Source: Candidatus Aminicenantes bacterium (lineage in GTDB: Bacteria > Acidobacteriota > B3-B38 > Guanabaribacteriales > B3-B38). From it: a stretch of DNA of 33,574 nucleotides. The stretch's first letter is position 1. Each line of letters opens with the position of its first letter. Positions 27,845-33,574 of this stretch are shown here, in pieces. The notes beneath the pieces are model-generated. The model made no database searches. It was not told the origin of the DNA and worked only from the letters and a program-made list of their open reading frames with translations. The stretch lies in contig JAOUOQ010000002.1 in the NCBI GenBank assembly GCA_029880275.1, forward strand, positions 1 to 33,574, given 5' to 3'. The position numbers were made by a program, and so were the translations under genes.

Positions 27845-28137
27845 ACCTCGAAATAAAAGTTAAAGAAATTATTGGCGTCTGCCCGGTATATAAGGTCGGT
27901 GTCCGGATAATCTTAGAAGAAGGTTACAAAATCAACCTTAGCAAGTCTTCCACTACTATTTGCATGCATTCTTTATCATCAATAATGCCTTATTATGTAG
28001 CTCTGAGCAAAGGCATTCTGCCCAAAGATTTAGGTTTAGCTAAGGAGGGTGGTAAGGCGTATATTCAGTGCTTAGACCCCTGTAAATACACCGGGGGCGG
28101 AACAGTTATTTTCGAGGTCCAGACCAGAAAAGCGTGA
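27841..28137 (+). CDS. Small Cys-containing protein of unknown function (resembles the family annotated as TIGR04076 family protein)
   Basis: 98 aa, with a GTG start overlapping the wecB stop (GTGA). It carries four Cys in conserved-looking contexts (GVCPVYKVG, TTICMHS, IQCLDPC). The family assignment is from memory and needs an HMM check. Confidence 0.55.
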   Translation: MNLEIKVKEIIGVCPVYKVGVRIILEEGYKINLSKSSTTICMHSLSSIMPYYVALSKGILPKDLGLAKEGGKAYIQCLDPCKYTGGGTVIFEVQTRKA

Positions 28138-28159
28138 ATAAACCAGAGGTAAGTTTTCC

Positions 28160-28846
28160 ATGCAGAAAACATCCGAATCAATAGAAGAAAAATTAATGAT
28201 CCCTGAAGCAGTCATCGAAACTAATAGCAGGAGTCTTATAGTAAAAAGAATGTTTGATATCATTCTTTCCTTGTTTGGAATCTTGCTCTCCCTTCCGCTA
28301 TGGCTATTGATAGCCTTGGCTATAAAGCTGAATGATCGCGGTCCAATCTTTTACACTCATTACAGAGTAGGTAGGCGCGGTAAAATATTCAAAGCCTATA
28401 AATTTAGGTCTATGATTAAAGATGCCGAACGGGAGAAGGGGGCTGTATGGGCAGAGGAAAACGACCCCAGAGTCACCTTGATTGGCCAGATATTACGGGC
28501 GACGGCTTTTGATGAATTTCCGCAGTTGATAAATATCTTTTTAGGAGACATGAGTTTTGTAGGGCCCCGACCGGAAAGGCCTGAATTGGTTGAGAGGTTT
28601 AGCGCGGAAATAAATAATTATGACCGCCGCCATGGAGTCAAACCAGGATTAACCGGCATCGCACAGGTGTTTGGCAAATATGATACCAAACCAAGGCACA
28701 AATTGAAATACGACTTATTGTATGTCCAAAATCAAAACTTCTGGCTTGATCTTAAATTGATTATGCTCTCTTTTTGGATTACCGCCAGAGGAAAATGGCA
28801 ATCAAGAGAGAAAAAGAAATATACATTGCTAAGAGGATCAAGATAA
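28160..28846 (+). CDS. Polyprenyl-phosphate sugar-1-phosphate transferase (small monotopic 'bacterial sugar transferase', PglC/WbaP C-terminal type)
   Basis: KRMFDIILSLFGILLSLPLWLLIALAIKLNDRGPIFYTHYRVGRRGKIFKAYKFRSM is followed by DEFPQLINIFLGDMSFVGPRPERP and GLTGIAQV. This is the canonical motif set of the priming phosphoglycosyl transferases. Confidence 0.9.
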   Translation: MQKTSESIEEKLMIPEAVIETNSRSLIVKRMFDIILSLFGILLSLPLWLLIALAIKLNDRGPIFYTHYRVGRRGKIFKAYKFRSMIKDAEREKGAVWAEENDPRVTLIGQILRATAFDEFPQLINIFLGDMSFVGPRPERPELVERFSAEINNYDRRHGVKPGLTGIAQVFGKYDTKPRHKLKYDLLYVQNQNFWLDLKLIMLSFWITARGKWQSREKKKYTLLRGSR

Positions 28847-29067
28847 TAATTCACAATATCGAGAAAATTTTGAAGCATTATAACCTGATTTGACTAAAAA
28901 TCTTATCTTATTATATCTTAAGGATAGAATTGAATTTTTTCAATATTTAAGGATAAAGATTTCAAAAGTAAATCTTGCTTTAAGCTTATAGCCTTTATGG
29001 GATCTTTTGAAAATTGTGGGAATAGAAAAATTTATAGTAGCCTTTTTTATTTCCCTCTTAATCAGTT

Positions 29068-29561
29068 TTAGCAAGAAACCCATTTTTCAATAACCTTATC
29101 GGCTATCAGGTTGCCAGCTTCAAAATCATTATAAATTCTTTCCCGAAAAAATTTTTACCTATAGCCTCAGTGTGATATCCATTGTTTGCCAAATATTTGA
29201 TTAAGATCCTCGGCTTTGTATTTGCTGGTCAAAATTTTTCCTCATTTAGTCTCTTTGTAGTCCGCCAACAGCAGAATCCTTCCCCTTCCGAACTGAAAAT
29301 AAGTGTGTTATTAACCATATCTATCTTATATCATCATATCTCTCCGAAGGAAGCTCCGTCCAAAGTGAGTATATTCTTTGCCTGCAATCACCCAGATGGC
29401 ACGCCCGTTGCCGTTAATATCATATTAATAAACCATATCTGGAAATGACGATGGCGCTTTAGCCGATACAAAAGAGTCCTATGCGGAACTCTACACGCTA
29501 TAGCCCGGTTGGCAGAGGACTTAATATCATGCTCTATCAAGGCTTTCAATTCCTTTAACAT
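29068..29561 (-). pseudogene. Decayed remnant of an HTH-containing gene (possibly IS630/psq-type transposase-like)
   Basis: On the minus strand, ATG at 29561 opens a 57-codon ORF (MLKELKALIEHDIKSSANRAIACRVPHRTLLYRLKRH...) containing a VPxxTLxxRLK helix-turn-helix pattern. Downstream, short protein-like stretches continue in shifting frames (NGNGRAIWVIAGKEYTHFG; GRGRILLLADYKETK; KYKAEDLNQIFGKQW; LIADKVIEKWVSC), broken by stops. The identification is tentative. Confidence 0.3.
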
Positions 29562-29700
29562 TTTTGACCCCCCAGGGGCGAAATTAGTAAATCATCTCTC
29601 CGGTGACCTTTTCATCTCCATAACCTTCTTCCTGAAAAACATCACCTTGCTTCTCTGTCCTAAGTGTTTTATAAAAAATGAAATTTAATTCACTTTTTTC

Positions 29701-29730
29701 TTGACAAGTAAAAGAAAGTAACAATAATAT
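29701..29730 (+). promoter_or_regulatory. Candidate sigma70-type promoter (TTGACA-N18-TAATAT)
   Basis: An exact TTGACA at 29701-29706 has an AT-rich upstream flank. TAATAT lies at 29725-29730 (or ATAATA with a 17-nt spacer). It points toward the FG-GAP gene 230 nt downstream. Confidence 0.3.
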
Positions 29731-29901
29731 ATTACTATTAATAAAAGAGATGAAGGGCGAGATTAGCCCAAGGTGATGAAAGGATTTTTTACTCTGTGTC
29801 ATATAAGATTCTCATTATCCTGCTCAGAGCTGTGGGGAATAAGCATAACTTGCCTGCAACTGATTTATCTTTTAGACAGATAGCAAACTACGAGTAATTC
29901 T

Positions 29902-29929
29902 CCTCACCGCGGTGGTGAGGGATGTTTTT
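29902..29929 (+). terminator. GC-rich hairpin followed by a T5 run (terminator/attenuator-like) about 30 nt upstream of the FG-GAP start codon
   Basis: CCTCACC (29902-29908), loop GCGGT, GGTGAGG (29914-29920), then GATGTTTTT. The 7-bp stem has 5 G:C pairs. The T tract starts 4 nt after the stem, so it is a sub-optimal intrinsic terminator. Confidence 0.35.
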
Positions 29930-29960
29930 AACCAATTTTTAAAAAAAGGAGGCAACCAAC

Positions 29961-32423
29961 ATGGCAGAACGCAACGGTTTTATCGTTTCAGTTTTTCTGA
30001 TATTCATTCTTTCCATCTCAGGGATGATGTTTGCTCAGCGGGTGATTGACCTGGATAAGGTGTGGGGAGATGTGCGGGTGCTGGGGCGCAATATAACTGA
30101 TGAGTGCGGACGCGCAGTAGCCCAGGGGGACATCAACGGAGATGGCTATATGGACCTCATCATTGGTGCCTCATTTGCTGACCCCGGTGACCCTCAACTC
30201 ACTGATGCCGGCGTGGCCTATGTCATTTTCGGCTCCAGCTCACCAGCGTCAACTTTGGACCTGAGCATCGAGTCAGCCGACATCACCGTCTGCGGGTATG
30301 ATAAATATAGTTACACAGGCAATGCTTTAGCCAGCGGGGATGTCAACGGCGATGGTTTCGATGACCTCATCATCGGCGCCCCTTGTGCTGATCCCGGTAC
30401 CCCTTCACGATACAGTGCCGGGGAAACCTATATCATCTTCGGAAGTAGCTCACTACCCTCAACTATCGACCTGAGCGTCGCACCAGCCAATATCACAATC
30501 TGTGGAGCTGTTACATTAGATAATTTTGGCTGTGCGGTGGCCAGCGGGAATGTGAACGGCGATGAGTATGATGACATAATAATCGGTGCCTATAATGCTG
30601 ACCCCGGTACTCCTGAACGATATGCTGCTGGGGAGACCTATGTATTCTTCGGCAATATTTTCTCAACACCCACGACTATCGACCTGAGCGTCACACCAGC
30701 CGATATCACTATTTGTGGAGCTGATGCCAATGATAATTTGGGCTGGGCGGTGGCCAGCGGGAATGTGAACGGCGACGGATATTATGACCTAATCATCGGT
30801 GCCTATTTGGCTGACCCCGGTACCCCTGCACGCCTTGATGCCGGAGAAGCCTATGTCATCTTCGGCTCAAGCTTACCTTCCTCCAGTATTGATTTAAGCA
30901 CCCAGTCAGCCGACATAACCGTCTGCGGGGCTTATGAGTTTGATAGTTGTGGCAATGCGGTGGCCAGCGGGGATGTGAATGGTGATGGGTACGATGATAT
31001 AATCGTCGGTGCCTATTGGGCTGACCCCGGTGAACGCTCAGAGGCCGGGGAGACTTACGTCATCTTCGGAAAGAGCTTCACATCTCCCACAACAATCGAC
31101 CTGAACAATGAGTCAGCCGACATCACCATATGCGGGGATAATTATGGGGATTGGTCTGGTTGGGCGGTGGCCAGTGGGGATGTAAACGGTGATGGATACC
31201 ATGACCTGATCATTGGTGCCCGCCTTGCTAATCCCGGTGGTCTCACCAATGCCGGGGAGACCTATGTCATTTTCGGAAAGAGTTTCCTATCTCCACCCTA
31301 CACCATAGACCTGAACTCACAGCCAGCCGACATCACCGTCTGCGGGGACGATGATAGGGATGAGTCTGGCTATGCGGTTGCCAGCGGGGATGTAAACGGA
31401 GACGGGTGCGACGACCTCATTATCAGTGCACATTATGCTGACCCCGGTGGACGCACCAATGCCGGGGAAACCTATCTCATCTCAGGAGGAGGCGCCATTA
31501 TCACCGCTCACGGTCTGGGCGGCAAAAGCCGGATAAACTGCTTCAGCCTCCTGGGGAGAAGCTGGGGTGGTTTCAAAGCCTTCGGAGCAGCGAATAGTCA
31601 GGGGGAGGTGCATCTGACGGTTGGTCATATAGAAGCCGATAGCCTGGATGAGATTGTCGCCGGTCAAGGTGAGGGCGGTAAGTCCTGGGTGAAGTTCTTC
31701 GAGGTCAACGGCTCCCTCATCAACGCCTTCAAAGCCTTCGGCGCAACCAACACCAACGGTGAGGTCCATCTGACCTTAGGTAACTTTGATGAGGACACCT
31801 CTGATAAGGAGATAGCCGTAGCCCAGGGTGAAGGGGGACAGTCGTGGGTGAAGACCTTCGAAGCTGATGGGACTTTAATCCTTGGCTTCAAAGCCTTTGG
31901 TGCGGCTAATGCTCAGGGAGAGGCTCATCTGGCGTCAGGTGACCTGAACAAAGATGGGATTGATGAGATAATAGTCGGTATGGGAGAGGGTGGCAGTTCC
32001 TGGGTAAAGGTATTCAATCTTTGGGGTGAATTAATCCGCTCCTTCAAGGCGTTTGATGCTACTGATAATCCCGGCGGTGAGGTGCGTCTGGCGGTGGGCA
32101 ACTTTAATGCCGACGCTGATGTAGAGATAGCCGTAGCTACCGGTTATAACGGGGGAAACAAGGTCAGGTGGTTTGACAAGTACGGAACCTTAATCAGGGA
32201 ATTTACCGCTTTTGGCTTTGGCGGCAACCCCAATGGTGATGTGCAGATAGCCGCGGCTGATATAGATAACGACGGCATTGATGAGATAATCTGCGGTCAT
32301 GGTGAGGGAGGGAGTTCCGTAGTCAAAGTCTTTAAGCCTGATGGGACCTCCATCATGAGCTTCAAAGCCTTCGGAGCGGTAAACACCCAGGGCGAGGTCC
32401 ACCTCGGCAAGAGTAATTACTGA
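29961..32423 (+). CDS. Secreted FG-GAP/integrin-alpha-like repeat protein with two tandem beta-propeller-type repeat arrays
   Basis: A strong SD (AGGAGG) lies 8 nt before the ATG, and the signal peptide reads MAERNGFIVSVFLIFILSISGMMFA|Q. Seven ~70-aa units each carry ASGDVNGDGYDDLIIGA..ADPG...AGETYVIFG...IDLS...ADITxCG, a DxNxDGxxD Ca-binding-type loop. About 5.5 units of 52-53 aa follow, reading FKAFGA.N.QGEVHLA.G....D..DEI.V..GEGG.SWVKVF..DG.LI. Confidence 0.9.
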   Translation: MAERNGFIVSVFLIFILSISGMMFAQRVIDLDKVWGDVRVLGRNITDECGRAVAQGDINGDGYMDLIIGASFADPGDPQLTDAGVAYVIFGSSSPASTLDLSIESADITVCGYDKYSYTGNALASGDVNGDGFDDLIIGAPCADPGTPSRYSAGETYIIFGSSSLPSTIDLSVAPANITICGAVTLDNFGCAVASGNVNGDEYDDIIIGAYNADPGTPERYAAGETYVFFGNIFSTPTTIDLSVTPADITICGADANDNLGWAVASGNVNGDGYYDLIIGAYLADPGTPARLDAGEAYVIFGSSLPSSSIDLSTQSADITVCGAYEFDSCGNAVASGDVNGDGYDDIIVGAYWADPGERSEAGETYVIFGKSFTSPTTIDLNNESADITICGDNYGDWSGWAVASGDVNGDGYHDLIIGARLANPGGLTNAGETYVIFGKSFLSPPYTIDLNSQPADITVCGDDDRDESGYAVASGDVNGDGCDDLIISAHYADPGGRTNAGETYLISGGGAIITAHGLGGKSRINCFSLLGRSWGGFKAFGAANSQGEVHLTVGHIEADSLDEIVAGQGEGGKSWVKFFEVNGSLINAFKAFGATNTNGEVHLTLGNFDEDTSDKEIAVAQGEGGQSWVKTFEADGTLILGFKAFGAANAQGEAHLASGDLNKDGIDEIIVGMGEGGSSWVKVFNLWGELIRSFKAFDATDNPGGEVRLAVGNFNADADVEIAVATGYNGGNKVRWFDKYGTLIREFTAFGFGGNPNGDVQIAAADIDNDGIDEIICGHGEGGSSVVKVFKPDGTSIMSFKAFGAVNTQGEVHLGKSNY
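30115..31490 (+). repeat. Intragenic tandem repeat array A, period 207-213 nt (7 units)
   Basis: A 29-nt string GCGGTGGCCAGCGGGAATGTGAACGGCGA is identical at 30534-30562 and 30747-30775. Near-identical copies start at 30957, 31164 and 31374, with more diverged copies near 30121 and 30327. Confidence 0.9.
31566..32423 (+). repeat. Intragenic tandem repeat array B, period 156-159 nt (about 5.5 units)
   Basis: TTCAAAGCCTTCGG recurs at 31572, 31728 and 32361, with variants at 31887 and 32043. Confidence 0.85.
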
Positions 32424-32983
32424 GTACCTTACTTTTGATATGCTGAAGTGACAGCTCCAGGATGAAGAATTATCACTATGAGGGAACATTCATCCACTTT
32501 TATAAAAATCGAGCACGAATAAAGAAAAGAAGGTAATACCTGCGGACGGGTAGTATTGCAGACACCATAAAATATGGTTAGAGGCATTGGAAAATGAAAT
32601 GGACTACATTTAATTAATTGCCCTCAAAATTGTATGTCCGTCTTAGGGCACTTTTGAAGAAGAAATAGTCCCTAAATTGTGTGCAATAATAATGTATCAG
32701 CTATAGCACACATGCACGAATATCAGAGCTTTTACATCTTAGGCCCCGATCCATATAACCTATCTATTTGTTCAGATATTAGGTTAGAATTATCAGGTGA
32801 GTGTTTTCCAATCATTTCGTCCCATCTTCAGCTTGGAAACCTTTCCTAAGTTTTAGAGCTAAAAGAAAGGCTGCAAAAATCCTCCTTAAGGTGGGTATCT
32901 TTATCTTAGAATGGGGACAAAAAAAGGGATGTCTTGTATATTTTAAAATGCTAAATTTGCATAAGATATTTAAAATAAAAAAA

Positions 32984-33026
32984 TGGTAGCGGGGATCGGA
33001 TTTGAACCGATGACCTTTGGGTTATG
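32984..33026 (-). other. 3' fragment (anticodon to CCA, 43 nt) of a tRNA-Met/fMet(CAU)-like gene; probable att-site scar, not a functional tRNA
   Basis: The minus strand reads CAT-AA / CCCAA / AGGTC / ATCGG-TTCAAAT-CCGAT / CCCCGCT / A / CCA. These are the anticodon and 3' loop, the 3' anticodon stem, a 5-nt variable loop, a perfect T-arm with canonical T-loop, the 3' acceptor strand, the discriminator and an encoded CCA. Upstream sequence (33027 onward) has no complementary acceptor strand (AGCGGGG), D-arm or 5' anticodon stem (TTGGG). Confidence 0.7.
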
Positions 33027-33574
33027 TAGTGGCTGAATCCTGTGCCCTCCTGTCTTTCTAACCTGCTGATTATAAAGGTAGTTAGCGGCAAATTAACCCC
33101 TTTTTTAGCCCGGTGTTTAGGAAAAGGTTATGTGCCCATTTGGGGGCGCCTAACCTAAAAAATTGGTACATACATTTTTTCCTTTTTAAAAAAAATATAC
33201 ATCAATTTGGAAGCGGAGTCAAGAGGTTTTTTCCATTCGCCTTGACTCGTACAGGATAAAGCTTATTCCAGAGGTTTCAAAGGCCATCCCTAATCTCGGC
33301 GATCCCCTCCCCTCCCCCATCCTCACAGAGCAGAGCCTTTGGTTCATTACTAATCTCCCGTCGGAGGGTTTACGCCTCTGGTGAGCAAAACGAGCACCTA
33401 TTTTTGTCTTCCAAACCACCAGGATATTTTTCCGATAATTTGATTGGGAGCGGTTCTTCGTATCACAATCGGTTTTATAGCAGTCGTATTAAGGGGTAAT
33501 AATACATTAGCTCTCTCGGTCAGTTTCAACTATCTTAGGATGACAGAGCCGTGGTCGCGGGCGGCGAAAGATTC

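Noticed and set aside
29182-29448. 88-aa + strand ORF in the gene desert (and the 72-aa minus-strand ORF at 29584-29802)
   Set aside because: There is no RBS and no recognisable motif, and the composition is low-complexity. The + ORF is the antisense shadow of the decayed HTH remnant, and the minus ORF overlaps the candidate promoter and leader.
32850-32861. GTTTTAGAGCTA, identical to the first 12 nt of the Streptococcus pyogenes type II-A CRISPR repeat / sgRNA scaffold
   Set aside because: It is a single occurrence with no repeat-spacer periodicity and no cas genes in the window. The downstream sequence (AAAGAAAGGCTGC...) diverges from the repeat. This is a chance 12-mer.
32801-32989. 62-aa + strand ORF (also the 66-aa minus-strand ORF at 33219-33419)
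   Set aside because: The first runs into the tRNA fragment, starts at GTG with no SD, and has no motifs. The second is a translation of the G-rich tract (MGEGRGSPR...). Both are most likely spurious.
32984-33064. Possible complete tRNA gene on the minus strand
   Set aside because: Only the anticodon-to-CCA part folds. The preceding ~35 nt (…CAGGAGGGCACAGGATTCAGCCACTA) lack the AGCGGGG acceptor strand, a D-arm and the TTGGG anticodon-stem strand. No matching 5' half was found up to 33574, so an intron-split gene is also unsupported.
33126-33133. Second copy of GGTTATGT (the anticodon-loop region of the tRNA fragment) about 100 nt to the right, considered as a second att core
   Set aside because: Only 8 nt are shared, and the flanking sequence does not form tRNA-like arms. 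This is within chance expectation.
33530-33574. Window-end sequence GAGCCGTGGTCGCGGGCGGCGAAAG considered as a group II intron domain V, or as the 3' end of a minus-strand CDS
   Set aside because: It does not form the 14-bp/GNRA/16-nt domain V hairpin, and no 5' GUGYG or RT ORF is nearby. All three minus-strand frames are open for only about 14-20 codons, so no coding call is possible.

Overview
The window holds a roughly 29-kb polysaccharide (EPS, capsule or O-antigen-like) biosynthesis and export locus, with all genes on the + strand (pos 2-28846, 25 credible CDSs). It encodes a Wza-type exporter (5'-truncated by the window edge) and a fused Wzc-type chain-length/tyrosine-kinase protein. Next come a small His-less cupin-like ORF and a NusG/RfaH/UpxY-type antiterminator paralogue. 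The locus also carries a Wzx flippase, two Wzy/O-antigen-ligase-like membrane proteins (one followed by a TPR protein), one GT2 and four GT4 glycosyltransferases. Modification genes include two SAM methyltransferases, a sulfotransferase-like protein, a GNAT acetyltransferase and a NodB-type deacetylase. Sugar-precursor and related genes include a fused MDR/Gfo-Idh-MocA oxidoreductase, an SDR epimerase/dehydratase, WecB, a small Cys-containing protein of unknown function and the priming sugar-phosphate transferase. The locus is visibly mosaic in base composition: very AT-rich cassettes sit inside a mid-GC backbone, and two junctions carry molecular scars. One scar is a ~160-bp duplication around a methyltransferase cassette. 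The other is a GT4 gene whose conserved N-terminus lies upstream of any canonical start codon. Downstream lie 1.1 kb of non-coding DNA with a decayed HTH gene remnant and a GC-rich gene for a secreted 820-aa FG-GAP double beta-propeller protein built from DNA-level tandem repeats. After that comes a 43-nt 3' fragment of a tRNA-Met(CAU)-like gene that starts exactly at the anticodon, which is a probable integrase att scar. I found no CRISPR array, rRNA, intact tRNA or intact transposase. The host cannot be identified from the sequence alone. All functional calls rest on motif recognition by eye and need HMM or BLAST confirmation.
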